Positions 11,322 to 20,198 are shown, numbered from the stretch's first letter. The stretch: DNA of 53,468 nt from Devosia sp. (GCA_036568845.1 DATCRS010000558.1:1-53468), one strand, 5' to 3'. Made by a program: numbers and translations. The notes: generated by a model from the letters alone, not told the origin.

Positions 11322-12941
11322 CTATGCTGCGCTCGAGAGCCAATCGCGGACGATCAAGGCGGCCTGCTTGGGGTTTTCTTCCACCAGGGCGCCAACGTTC
11401 CGAACGGTCTCGGCCTGGGCGGCGCCCGTCGACTTGGCCTCGTCGATCCACTCGGGGAGGCGCGGTGGCGCGGGCGCCTGCGGGATCTCGGCGGCGGCCA
11501 GGCCGGGTCCGCCGATCTCTGCGCTCACCGGCAGCGGCAGCGGCTTGGGCTCAGGAGCGAGCACTTTCTTCACCAGCGGACGCATGACGAAGAACACCAG
11601 TGCCAGCGCGATGAGCAGCGTCACCAGCATCTCGGCGCCGTTGATCAGGTCGTCGCGAGTGAAGTCGAAGAGGCCGGGTTCCGCAGTGCCCTGGCCGGTG
11701 AGGTCCGGGCGGGTGGCGAACTGCAGGTTGGCGATCTGCACCTGATCGCCGCGGGCTTCGTCGAAGCCGACGGCAGACCGGACGAGGGCGTTGATTTGGT
11801 CGAGCTCGGCCTGACCGCGCGGCGCGTAGACCTGGTTGCCATTGGCGTCGGTGGTGTAGACGCCATCGACCACCACGGCGATCGAGAGCCGCTTGATGCT
11901 GCCCCCTTCGGTCATCTGCGTCTCGGTGGTCTTGGAGATCTCGTAGTTGGTGGTCTCCTCGCTGGTCGAGCCCTGTTCGCTGGTGCCGCCGTCGCCAGCA
12001 TTCTGCGATGCGCCCGGCAGCTCATTGGCGACGGTCACCTGGCCGCTGGTGCCGGGGCCGTTAGCCTGGTTGGCGAGTTCGCGCGTCTGCGTGGAACGGA
12101 CGACCTGGCTTTCCGGATCGAAGGTTTCCGACGTGCGCGTCAGGCGGTTGAGGTCGAGTTCGGCCGAGACCTGCACGCGGGCCCGGCCGGAGCCAACGAT
12201 GTTGGCGAGAAGGTCCTCGACCCGGGTGCGCAACCGGTTCTCGATGCCGAGCTGGCGCTCCTCGTTCTGGCTGGCGATCAGCCCCTCCACGCTGTCGCCT
12301 GCCCCGGACGCCAGCAGCCGGCCGGAATCGTCGATGATCGAAACGCGCGACGGCGTCAGCCCTTCGATAGCCGAGGCGACGAGATGCTGGATGGCGCGGA
12401 TCTCGCCGGCAGACAGCTCGCCGCGCACGGCAACCACGATCGAGGCGGTCGGGTCCTTCTTCTCACGGCTGAACAGCGCGCGTTCCGGCAGCACCAGGTG
12501 CACGCGGGCGCTGCGGATGCGGGCCAGCGACGAAATGGTGCGCGAGAGCTCGCCTTCGAGCGCGCGGACATTGTTGATATTCTGCACGAAGCTCGTCGCG
12601 CCCAGCGTATTCTGGCTGTCGAAGATCTCGTAGCCGACCTGGCCGCGGGTCGGCAGGCCGTTCTCGGCGAGGTTCATGCGAACCGTCGTGATCTGGTCGC
12701 GTGGGACCAGGATGCTCTCGCCATCACCCCGCAATTCGTAGGGGATGTTCTGCGACTGCAGTTCGGTCACGATGGCCGAGGAGTCTTCGAGGCTCAACCC
12801 GGTGTAGAGCGGCGCCATGGACGGGGTGGAGGCACGCATGATGAGGAAGGCGAAAAAGCCGAGCATCAGCACCGCCACCACGGCCATGGCGGCGATCCGC
12901 ACCAGCCCGAGGCGGTTGATGAATTGCAGCAGACTATCCAC
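11322..12941 (-). CDS. fliF: Flagellar MS-ring protein FliF
   Basis: Two TM segments, GYEIFD, RALEGELSRTI, ARVHLVLP, TTNYEISK; GTG start. Confidence 0.96.
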   Translation of the reverse strand: MDSLLQFINRLGLVRIAAMAVVAVLMLGFFAFLIMRASTPSMAPLYTGLSLEDSSAIVTELQSQNIPYELRGDGESILVPRDQITTVRMNLAENGLPTRGQVGYEIFDSQNTLGATSFVQNINNVRALEGELSRTISSLARIRSARVHLVLPERALFSREKKDPTASIVVAVRGELSAGEIRAIQHLVASAIEGLTPSRVSIIDDSGRLLASGAGDSVEGLIASQNEERQLGIENRLRTRVEDLLANIVGSGRARVQVSAELDLNRLTRTSETFDPESQVVRSTQTRELANQANGPGTSGQVTVANELPGASQNAGDGGTSEQGSTSEETTNYEISKTTETQMTEGGSIKRLSIAVVVDGVYTTDANGNQVYAPRGQAELDQINALVRSAVGFDEARGDQVQIANLQFATRPDLTGQGTAEPGLFDFTRDDLINGAEMLVTLLIALALVFFVMRPLVKKVLAPEPKPLPLPVSAEIGGPGLAAAEIPQAPAPPRLPEWIDEAKSTGAAQAETVRNVGALVEENPKQAALIVRDWLSSAA

Positions 12942-12993
12942 GCGGCACCCGGTCCAAGAATCCCTTGTGGCCGCAACGTGCCGACCACCCCCA

Positions 12994-13073
12994 TAGGCAA
13001 AAATTACCTAGCGGATGGTAAAGAAGGTATTAACAAACCCTTGCAGAATGCGAACGATCGGCACTTCCTGCCG
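12994..13073 (-). promoter_or_regulatory. fliF class II promoter: CtrA box flanked by two ftr-like (FlbD) palindromes
   Basis: Minus strand GTTAA-N7-TTTAC at 13018-13034; TAGGCA-AAAAT-TACCTA at 12994-13010; CGGCA-CTTCC-TGCCG at 13059-13073. Confidence 0.65.
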
Positions 13074-13098
13074 GGTAGGGTGAAGGAACTCATAACAA

Positions 13099-13725
13099 AT
13101 GGAAAAACTGAAAGTTCTGGGCCGCATCACCTCGATCAACGTACGCAAGGTGCTTTGGGCCGCCGACGAGATGGGTGTCGACTACGAGCGGGAGGACTGG
13201 GGTCTGCCGGTGCGCAATCCGAACGTGCCCGAGTTCCTCGCCCTCAATCCCAATGCGCAGGTGCCGGTGATCGTCGATGGCGGCTATGTCCTGTGGGAGA
13301 GTAACGCCATCATCAGCTATCTCGCCCGGCAGCACCGCTCCGGCCTGATGCCGACGGATGCCCAGGGGCAGGGTCTGGTCGAACAGTGGCTCTACTGGCA
13401 ACTGGGCGAGCTCAACCCGACCTGGATGTACGCCGTCAACGCGCTGTTGCGGAAGAACCCCGCATTCGGCGATCAGGCGCGCGTTCAGGATTCCATCGCC
13501 AAATGGACGGCGAAGATGGAAATCCTCGAGGGGCAACTCCAACGTACTGGTGCCTATGTCTGCGGTGAACGGCTGACGCTCGCCGACCTTGCGCTGGCGC
13601 TCTCGATCCACCGCTGGGTCTCGACGCCGTTCGAGCGCAAGGAGCTGCCGGCCGTGGCGCGCTACTATGCCGAGATGAAGGCCCGCGCCGCCGGCGCGCC
13701 CTATATGGGCCCGGCAACACCCTGA
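13099..13725 (+). CDS. Glutathione S-transferase (GstB/YliJ-like)
   Basis: GRITSINVRKVLW, LALNPNAQVP, LWESNAIISYL, TLADL. Confidence 0.92.
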   Translation: MEKLKVLGRITSINVRKVLWAADEMGVDYEREDWGLPVRNPNVPEFLALNPNAQVPVIVDGGYVLWESNAIISYLARQHRSGLMPTDAQGQGLVEQWLYWQLGELNPTWMYAVNALLRKNPAFGDQARVQDSIAKWTAKMEILEGQLQRTGAYVCGERLTLADLALALSIHRWVSTPFERKELPAVARYYAEMKARAAGAPYMGPATP

Positions 13726-13732
13726 CGAAACA

Positions 13733-13761
13733 AGCCCGCCGCGGCAGTGCCGTGGCGGGCT
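13733..13761. terminator. Hairpin between convergent GST and sciP
   Basis: AGCCCGCCGCGGCA / TGCCGTGGCGGGCT stem. Confidence 0.6.
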
Positions 13762-13786
13762 CGAAACTCTCGAATGCCGACTTCTG

Positions 13787-14065
13787 TCAGCCTTCGCGGT
13801 AGTGCTGGATCCAGGTCGTGCGCAGCCCGGCAAGACCATGCTTGTCGATGGCGGCCTGCCAGTTGAGGAACTCGTCGACGCTCAGCGTATAGCGGGCGCA
13901 GGCCTCTTCTAGGCTCAACAACCCACCGCGAACGGCAGCGACAACCTCGGCCTTCCTACGGATCACCCAGCGCCGCGTATTCTTGGGCGGCAGGTCTGCG
14001 ATCGTCAGCGGACTTCCGTCCGGGCCGATCACGTATTTAACGCGAGGACGCATTGGTACGGTCAT
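13787..14065 (-). CDS. sciP: CtrA inhibitor SciP (DUF1153)
   Basis: VIGPDGSPLTIADLPP..RWVIRRKAEVVAAVRGGLLSLEEACARY..GLAGLRTT. Confidence 0.96.
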   Translation of the reverse strand: MTVPMRPRVKYVIGPDGSPLTIADLPPKNTRRWVIRRKAEVVAAVRGGLLSLEEACARYTLSVDEFLNWQAAIDKHGLAGLRTTWIQHYREG

Positions 14066-14111
14066 TACTCATTACTCAAACTGACCACTGCTTGAGGCTA
14101 GCCCAACGCGC

Positions 14112-14148
14112 TTAAAATTGGGTGAAGCGAAAGCTTACAAGCAGTTAA
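14112..14148 (-). promoter_or_regulatory. Imperfect CtrA boxes upstream of sciP
   Basis: Minus strand TTAA-N7-TAAG and TTCA-N7-TTAA; sciP is a known CtrA target. Confidence 0.5.
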
Positions 14149-14245
14149 GAGCGGACCAGCGCGGTTCGACTTGTCTAGGCCGAAGGCAGGGTGGCGCGAG
14201 AGCTTGGCCGGGGATAGCTTCCGCCGGCGCTTATGGAGGGCCAGC

Positions 14246-14800
14246 ATGGCCAAGGACTTTCCTTCGCTCACGCCGCATCATCGCGACTTCATCGCCCGGC
14301 AGCACATGTTCTTTACGGCCACGGCCGCTGCTGGTACGCGGGTCAATATCTCGCCGCGCTCGACCGACTACTTTCGCGTCGCCGGCGACAACGCCGCCTG
14401 CTATCTCGACCGCACCGGCAGCGGCAACGAGACCTCGGCGCATCTGCTGGCTGATGGCCGGATGACGATCATGTTCTGTGCGGTTGACGGTCCTCCGCTG
14501 ATCCTGCGGCTCTACGGACGGGGCCATGTCATCCACCGAGACACGGAACGGTATGCCGAGCTGCTCGCCGCTCTATTCGACGGTCGGGAGCCGCTGGGTG
14601 CGCGGCAGATCGTCTGGCTCGATTTCGACCTGGTGAAGACGTCCTGCGGTTATGGCGTTCCGCTCTTCGACTATCAGGGCGAACGGGACACGATGGACCG
14701 CTGGGCCGAAGCGAAGGGCCCAGAGGGCATCGAGGCCTACTGGCGCGAAAAGAACGTGGTGAGCATTGATGGCCTGCCCACGGGCATGCCAGTGGAGTGA
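14246..14800 (+). CDS. Pyridoxamine 5'-phosphate oxidase-like FMN-binding protein
   Basis: FIARQHMFFTATA..VNISPR..YLDRTGSGNETSAHL..GRMTIMFC..PLILRLYG..TSCGYGVP; SD GGAGG before ATG 14246. Confidence 0.85.
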   Translation: MAKDFPSLTPHHRDFIARQHMFFTATAAAGTRVNISPRSTDYFRVAGDNAACYLDRTGSGNETSAHLLADGRMTIMFCAVDGPPLILRLYGRGHVIHRDTERYAELLAALFDGREPLGARQIVWLDFDLVKTSCGYGVPLFDYQGERDTMDRWAEAKGPEGIEAYWREKNVVSIDGLPTGMPVE

Positions 14801-14818
14801 GAGGCCGCGATACTCCTG

Positions 14819-14903
14819 CCTCTCCTCCCGTGCGGGGGAGATAGCGATTTCTTGGCCTTAGCGAAGCTAAGCCTTAGAAATCGCAAGAGAGGGGCACGCG
14901 ATG
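14819..14903 (+). repeat. Palindromic repeat copy A, left flank of DUF559; contains the SD and start codon
   Basis: CCTCTCCTCCCGTGCGGGGGAGA-TAGCGATTTC..TTAGCGAAGCTAA..GAAATCGC-AAGAGAGGGGCACGCGATG. Confidence 0.85.
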
Positions 14904-15245
14904 GTCAAGCATCCACCGGTTGATCGCACTTTTGCAAGATCGATGCGCACCAATGCAACTGATGCGGAGCGCCGGCTTTGGAGCATGCTGCGCGGCGGCA
15001 GACTCGAGGGATTGAAGTTCAAGCGGCAGGTTCCGCTCGACGGCTACGTGCTCGACTTCGTTTGTTTTGAGAAGCGGCTGATTGTTGAGGCGGACGGCGG
15101 TCAGCATTCGGAGTCCGTGCACGATGCTCAGCGCGATCGCCACTTTGCGACGCAGGGGTTCACGACCCTTAGGTTCTGGAACACCGATATTCTGACGAAC
15201 CCTGATGGGGTCTGGGCAGAGATCAGGAGAGTTGTGAAAGGTTGA
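14901..15245 (+). CDS. DUF559 (Vsr-like, PD-(D/E)XK-type) endonuclease domain protein
   Basis: AR.MR.N.TDAE..LW..LR...L.G.KF.RQ.P...Y..DF.C....LIVEADGGQH..D..RD......GF..LRFWN motif. Confidence 0.92.
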   Translation: MVKHPPVDRTFARSMRTNATDAERRLWSMLRGGRLEGLKFKRQVPLDGYVLDFVCFEKRLIVEADGGQHSESVHDAQRDRHFATQGFTTLRFWNTDILTNPDGVWAEIRRVVKG

Positions 15246-15247
15246 AG

Positions 15248-15349
15248 CATCCCGCGCCCCTCTCTTGCGATTTCCAAGGGCTTAGTCCTCGCGAAAGAGC
15301 TCGGTCTAAACCCAGGAAATCGCTTTCTCCCCCGCAAGGGAGGAGAGGG
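15248..15349 (-). repeat. Palindromic repeat copy B, inverted, starting just after the DUF559 stop
   Basis: Reverse complement reads CCCTCTCCTCCCTTGCGGGGGAGAAAGCGATTTCC..TTAG..CTAAGCC..GAAATCGCAAGAGAGGGGCGCGGGATG, matching copy A. Confidence 0.85.
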
Positions 15350-15373
15350 TGCGTATCTCGGTATCTCAGTCGT

Positions 15374-15460
15374 CCCTCTCTCCCCTTGCGGGAGAGAAAG
15401 CGAGGCCTTGGACTTAGCTCTTGCTAAGTCCCTAGCCGAGCAAGAGAGGGGCTCGGGATG
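15374..15460 (+). repeat. Palindromic repeat copy C; forms a 213-bp inverted doublet with copy B
   Basis: CCCTCTCTCCCCTTGCGGGAGAGAAAGCG..GGACTTAGC-TCTT-GCTAAGTCC..GCAAGAGAGGGGCTCGGGATG. Confidence 0.8.
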
Positions 15461-15487
15461 GCACCGCGTATCCCTGGCTCGCGCTAG

Positions 15488-16159
15488 CTAAGCTGCCGCC
15501 GTCGTCTCGCGCACCGAGAGAACGGATGACAGGTTCACCCGCGCCGCGTCACCCACGATCAGCACCGGTTCATTGCCCGAGAAGTCGACCCCGGTCACCT
15601 GGCCGCTCATCTCGGTCGCCACGTTCACCATCTTGCCGCTGGCGTTGCGCGCCTGGATGTTGATCGAGTAGGTGCCGTTCAGGCGCGCGCGTCCGTCGTT
15701 GCCAATGCCGTCCCAGGTGAAGACGCTTTCGCCCGATCCGACATTGCCCTGCTTGGTGAAGACGACGTTACCCGAGGAGTCCTTGACGGTGACGTCGATG
15801 GTGGCGGCCTCGTCCACGGCGAAGTGCCATTGCGCAACCCCGTTTGCCAGCTCGCTGCGGACGCCCGAGGCGGTGATGGTCTTGCCGATATAGTTCACTG
15901 CTGAGGACTGGCTCGCGTTCTGGTTGGCGAGCATCATCGCTTCCAGGAACTGGTTGGTCTTCAGCTGTTGTTCGACGCCCGTGAACTGCACCAGCTGCTG
16001 GGTGAACTGGTTGGTGTCCAGTGGGTCGAGCGGGTTCTGGTTCTTGAGCTGCGTGGTGAGAATTTGCAGGAACGTATCGAAATTGTCGGCAATCGTCTGA
16101 CGCGACGAGCCAAGTGCGCTCGACGAATTGTTGGTGCTGCCAACGCCGCTGACGGCCAT
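15488..16159 (-). CDS. flgD: Flagellar hook capping protein FlgD
   Basis: FDTFLQILTTQLKNQNPLDPLDTNQFTQQLVQF; FTWDG in the Ig-like domain. Confidence 0.96.
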   Translation of the reverse strand: MAVSGVGSTNNSSSALGSSRQTIADNFDTFLQILTTQLKNQNPLDPLDTNQFTQQLVQFTGVEQQLKTNQFLEAMMLANQNASQSSAVNYIGKTITASGVRSELANGVAQWHFAVDEAATIDVTVKDSSGNVVFTKQGNVGSGESVFTWDGIGNDGRARLNGTYSINIQARNASGKMVNVATEMSGQVTGVDFSGNEPVLIVGDAARVNLSSVLSVRETTAAA

Positions 16160-16169
16160 GGGTAACCTC

Positions 16170-17939
16170 CTAAACGAACAAGTTCACGCCGCTGGCCGTG
16201 GCCAAGCCGCGATACTGGGTGGTGGTTGAAGCGATTTCCGGCACCTCGTCCGCATCGGCCGCCCGCGATGCAAACGGCGACCCGCTGCCGTTGTGCTGCT
16301 GCTGTTGCCCCTGCCCATCACGCGCAAAGGGGTTCTGGCGCAGAGAGAATTCGAGATTGGTCTTGCCGCCGTCGAGGCCGGCCTGCGCCAGCGCCTTTTC
16401 CAACGAGCGCTGGTCGCGTTGCATCAGGTCGAGGGTTTCGGCGCGCTCCACCGTCATCCGTGCGTGCACATTGCCGTCGCCGTCGACATGCATGCGGACA
16501 TCGATCCGGCCGAGCTCGGGCGGATCGAGGCGGATCTGGAACCGGGTGTTGCCGTGGTTGAACTGCCGCACGACCTCGAAGGCGACCTGCGGCACGTTGA
16601 TCTGCTGCACCGGCGCCTGGTAGGCAGCGTGCACGGACTTGGGCGCGACGACGCCAAGCTCTGATTTGACCTGGGCAGCGGCCTGCGTCGGCGGTTGCTG
16701 CTGGACGGGCTCGGTCTTCTCGCTGCGGGCTTCGGCGAGATGGGCGGCAAACGTACCGCGATCCCGTACCTTGGGTTCGGCATCCATGCGCTCTGCCGGC
16801 CTGGAGTCCTTGGCGACGAGCACGTTGTCCACCGGCGTTTCCTCCGGCTCGGCCTTCTCGACCGGCACGGACTCCACTGCTCCCTTGGGGGTGTCCGCGG
16901 CCTGCTTGGGTGGCACAATCACGGCTGCCGGTGCAGGCAGCGCAGGGACAGTGAAGAGCTGCGGCGCGGGCGGGGGATTGGCCGGCTTCGCATCGGCCTT
17001 GGCCGTGGCCAGCAGGTCGATGTCGGCGCTGTCGAGGTTCGCGGTCAGCTTGGCCAGAGCCTCGGTGTCGACACGGTTTTCGACGATCTTCTGCACGATC
17101 GCTTCAATCTTGGCGCCGAGCTCGGGAGAACGCGCGGCAAGCTTGCGGGCGACCTCGGTGAGTTTTTCGACCAGCTTGCCGAGCGGCGTATCCGGATCGA
17201 TCTCCGCTACTTCGTCCGTTTGCGCAGTGGCGCCGGCTTCAGCCTTGCCGTCTCCCTCGACCTGCGGTGGTGTCGTGGCCTGCTCGACCGCCTCGGCGAA
17301 CTTGGCGGCGAGGTCGACCGTCGGCTTGGTGTCTGCTTCGACGGGGACGAGGGTGACCCCCTGCGGCAGCGGGTCGTTCTCGACCGGGAGGTCCGCCTCG
17401 AGCTCGCCCGAAGCAGAGATCGCCAGGTTCCCGCTGGCGGCCGCCGCGAGCACGGGGTCGATAGCAGGCGGTGTGGGCAGGGTGATTCCGAGAAGACCCG
17501 CGATATCGTCCAGCGCCTCGGAGAGCTTCTTATGCAAAGCCGGGTCGACCGGTTCGCCATTCTCGGTTGCATCGTCGATAGCGGCCAGCGCCGACACCAG
17601 ATCATCGATCAGTTGCTCGCCATCAAGAGCCGGGGCCTGCTCGTCGACAGGCGCCGCAACAGGCGCTTCCACCGCCGGCAGCTGCGTGGTGAGCGCGGTC
17701 TCGGCCGCCACACCCAGATTGGCGAGCATGTCGAGTCCGCCTTTGCCTCTGGCGTCCGGGGCGACCTCGCCCTGCCGTTGCAGGCCAGGCGGCAGCGCGG
17801 TGCCCTGCGCGAGCAGGCCAAGCAACGCATCGAGGAAGCCGAGCGGGCTATCGCCTCCGGTAGCTGCTGTGGCGGCGGCTCCGCCACTGACGATGCCGTT
17901 GCCCGGGGCGACTGGGCTGAACCCTACTGCGGTGGACAC
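16170..17939 (-). CDS. fliK: Flagellar hook-length control protein FliK
   Basis: Long Ala/Pro-rich N-terminus; C-terminal FQIRLDPPELGRIDVRM..ERAETLDLMQRD..LEKAL.QAGL; upstream of flgD. Confidence 0.88.
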   Translation of the reverse strand: MSTAVGFSPVAPGNGIVSGGAAATAATGGDSPLGFLDALLGLLAQGTALPPGLQRQGEVAPDARGKGGLDMLANLGVAAETALTTQLPAVEAPVAAPVDEQAPALDGEQLIDDLVSALAAIDDATENGEPVDPALHKKLSEALDDIAGLLGITLPTPPAIDPVLAAAASGNLAISASGELEADLPVENDPLPQGVTLVPVEADTKPTVDLAAKFAEAVEQATTPPQVEGDGKAEAGATAQTDEVAEIDPDTPLGKLVEKLTEVARKLAARSPELGAKIEAIVQKIVENRVDTEALAKLTANLDSADIDLLATAKADAKPANPPPAPQLFTVPALPAPAAVIVPPKQAADTPKGAVESVPVEKAEPEETPVDNVLVAKDSRPAERMDAEPKVRDRGTFAAHLAEARSEKTEPVQQQPPTQAAAQVKSELGVVAPKSVHAAYQAPVQQINVPQVAFEVVRQFNHGNTRFQIRLDPPELGRIDVRMHVDGDGNVHARMTVERAETLDLMQRDQRSLEKALAQAGLDGGKTNLEFSLRQNPFARDGQGQQQQHNGSGSPFASRAADADEVPEIASTTTQYRGLATASGVNLFV

Positions 17940-17982
17940 GATACGAGAACCTCAGAGGACACATAGATCCGCCAAGCTTGTC

Positions 17983-17997
17983 GCAAGGGTCGTGCCA
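17983..17997 (-). promoter_or_regulatory. Sigma54 (-24/-12) promoter of fliK-flgD
   Basis: Minus strand TGGCAC-GACCC-TTGC, exact consensus. Confidence 0.88.
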
Positions 17998-18015
17998 ATT
18001 TGCTTTTATGAATGG

Positions 18016-18028
18016 AATCAACTGTTTG
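18016..18028 (+). promoter_or_regulatory. IHF binding site
   Basis: AATCAA-CTGT-TTG matches WATCAANNNNTTR, between the sigma54 promoter and the enhancer. Confidence 0.75.
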
Positions 18029-18082
18029 GTGCTTCAGAGGTGTGCCCGCTCCGACACAAGGACGGCAATTTCGAACCTCACC

Positions 18083-18097
18083 CGGCAACAAATGCCG
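18083..18097. promoter_or_regulatory. ftr-type FlbD enhancer
   Basis: CGGCA-ACAAA-TGCCG palindrome about 90-100 bp upstream of the sigma54 promoter. Confidence 0.75.
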
Positions 18098-18265
18098 ACC
18101 TGGGTCGTTCCCGCGACGGACCTCCCTGCGAGGGGCAGGTCCACGCATGGGGTCGAACACTTCCCCGACGTAGGGCTCGGCGTTCCAGTATCGCCCGAAG
18201 AGGTGTGGGAGCGGGGAAGGGGACTGTTCACCCGGCCATCGAGAACCAAGCTAGGAGAAACAGAC

Positions 18266-18706
18266 ATGCGTCTTTCCCTCACCCTTGCAGCTCCGTTTCT
18301 GGTGCTGCTTGCTTCTGGTGGTGCGCAGGCTGCGGCCTCGCCCGAGCAGATCAACAGCGTCCTCGCCAGTTGCCCCGCGGATGCAGCCGCCGGAACCTGC
18401 ACAAGTGCCGTCAGCAGCTTCGCCAACGGGTTGACGGATGCCGATCGCGACAGCGATCTGCTCAATCTCGCCAACTCGCTGGCGGCGCAGGCATCCGGAT
18501 CGCAGGTCGATCCCGACGCGTGCGTGGAGATCAAGGCCGGCATCGATGCAGCGGCGGATGCGGCTTCGACGAGCGCTCAGGGCCAGATTACCGCGGTGGG
18601 TGACCCTCTTTGCGGCGATCTCGACGCTTCGGCTACCGGCTCGGTCGCTCCGGCCGAAAGCTTCGCGGCGCCGCAGTCGCTCGTCGATAGTGCCAACGAC
18701 CTCTAG
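18266..18706 (+). CDS. Hypothetical secreted protein, Ala/Ser-rich, four Cys
   Basis: SD AGGAG then MRLSLTLAAPFLVLLASGGAQA signal peptide; GC3-rich codons. Confidence 0.7.
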   Translation: MRLSLTLAAPFLVLLASGGAQAAASPEQINSVLASCPADAAAGTCTSAVSSFANGLTDADRDSDLLNLANSLAAQASGSQVDPDACVEIKAGIDAAADAASTSAQGQITAVGDPLCGDLDASATGSVAPAESFAAPQSLVDSANDL

Positions 18707-18833
18707 GGCGCACTTCCATCGACCACATCTCTCGCAACAGCCGCTGGTTCTGCCGGCGGCTGTTGCCGTTCTGCGCCACAGGGTGTAGTGAGCCCGCCAT
18801 CCGTAGGACCTTGACCCCTTCTGGATGAGAGAC

Positions 18834-19982
18834 ATGTTGAATTCGCTTGATATCCCCAAGCGCCCCGAAGACACGCGCGTCGTCGTCGCGATGTCCGGCG
18901 GCGTCGACAGCTCGGTGGTGGCCGGACTCCTCGCCCGCGAAGGCTACGACGTCGTGGGCGTCACCCTGCAGCTTTACGATCACGGCGAGGCCACGCACCG
19001 CAAGGGCGCCTGCTGCGCCGGGCAGGTCATTCACGATGCGCGTCGCGTCGCCGCCAAGCTCGGCATCCCGCATTACGTTCTCGACTACGAAGAGCGCTTC
19101 AAGAATGCCGTGATGGAACCCTTCGCCAATGCCTATCGGCAGGGCGAAACGCCAGTGCCCTGCATCGCCTGCAACCAGTCGGTGAAGTTCGTCGACCTGA
19201 TGGAGGTCGCGCGGGATCTCGGGGCCGACGTCCTCGCCACCGGCCACTATGTGCAGAGCAAACTCGTCGACGGTCGGCGGCGGCTGTTCCGCCCGGTCGA
19301 TGCCTCACGCGACCAGAGCTACTTCCTTTTCGCCACCACGCAGGCCCAGCTCGACTTCCTGCGCTTCCCGCTCGGCGGCATGACCAAGTCGGAGGTCCGT
19401 GCGCTTGCCGCCGAGTTCGGGCTCGAGATCGCGGCCAAGCCCGATAGCCAGGACATCTGCTTCGTGCCGCAGGGCAAGTACGCCGACGTCATCCGCAAGA
19501 TGCATCCCGAGGCACACGCGGGCGGCGAGATCGTCCACCTCGACGGCCGCGTCCTCGGCCGGCACGATGGCATCGTCAATTTCACCGTCGGCCAGCGCAA
19601 GGGCATCGGCATCGCCACCGGCGAGCCGCTCTATGTGGTCAAGCTCGAGCACAAGACTGGTCGCGTCGTCGTCGGCCCGCGCGAGGCGCTGATGACGCGC
19701 ACCGTCCGGCTGCGTGACGTCAACTGGCTGGGTGAGGGCGCACTGGCTCATTTGGCCGCCGGAAACGGCTATCCGGTCGAGATCAAGGTCCGTTCCACGC
19801 GTCCACCCTGTTCAGGTGTCGTTCATCTCAGTGGCGAAAGCGTGTTCGTGACCCTCTCGGACGGCGAATACGGCATCTCTTCGGGCCAGGCCTGCGTGTT
19901 CTACGCCGACGAATCCGAGACCACCGAAGTGCTCGGCGGCGGCTTTATTGCCGAGGCTGTTCCGCAGGCGTTGGTGGCGTAG
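18834..19982 (+). CDS. mnmA: tRNA 2-thiouridine(34) synthase MnmA
   Basis: [50 protein letters not shown]; start could also be 18825. Confidence 0.96.
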   Translation: MLNSLDIPKRPEDTRVVVAMSGGVDSSVVAGLLAREGYDVVGVTLQLYDHGEATHRKGACCAGQVIHDARRVAAKLGIPHYVLDYEERFKNAVMEPFANAYRQGETPVPCIACNQSVKFVDLMEVARDLGADVLATGHYVQSKLVDGRRRLFRPVDASRDQSYFLFATTQAQLDFLRFPLGGMTKSEVRALAAEFGLEIAAKPDSQDICFVPQGKYADVIRKMHPEAHAGGEIVHLDGRVLGRHDGIVNFTVGQRKGIGIATGEPLYVVKLEHKTGRVVVGPREALMTRTVRLRDVNWLGEGALAHLAAGNGYPVEIKVRSTRPPCSGVVHLSGESVFVTLSDGEYGISSGQACVFYADESETTEVLGGGFIAEAVPQALVA

Positions 19983-20124
19983 TGGCGGCTTCCTTGAGCT
20001 GCTGGTAGTTACTGAGGCCACCCATAAGTGCCGACAGCGTATAGACAATCAGCAGCACGCCCATGACGAGGATCACGATCCGTCCGGGTGTGAGCTTCCA
20101 CGGGCTCAGCGGTTTTTCTTCCAT
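19945..20124 (-). CDS. 59-aa single-pass membrane protein (not in the ORF track)
   Basis: [59 protein letters not shown]; one clear TM helix; overlaps the mnmA 3' end by 38 bp. Confidence 0.6.
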   Translation of the reverse strand: MEEKPLSPWKLTPGRIVILVMGVLLIVYTLSALMGGLSNYQQLKEAATTPPTPAEQPRQ

Positions 20125-20160
20125 GCGCTCGCTCTACCACAAAAAACCCTGAATCACCGC

Positions 20161-20190
20161 CCCAAGCATATCCCCGCGGGCGGCGTCTCA
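20161..20190 (+). promoter_or_regulatory. Putative autoregulatory ECF promoter
   Basis: CCCAAG-N17-CGTCTCA preceded by an A-tract; the same motif recurs at 20940-20969. Confidence 0.6.
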
Positions 20191-20198
20191 TCGATAAG

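Noticed and set aside
14819-15460. CRISPR array or classical IS interpretation of the repeats
   Set aside because: Only three copies in mixed orientation, no regular spacers, no cas or transposase gene, and no visible target-site duplication.
18100-18260. Riboswitch upstream of the secreted protein gene
   Set aside because: Stems are present but I recognise no conserved aptamer motif.
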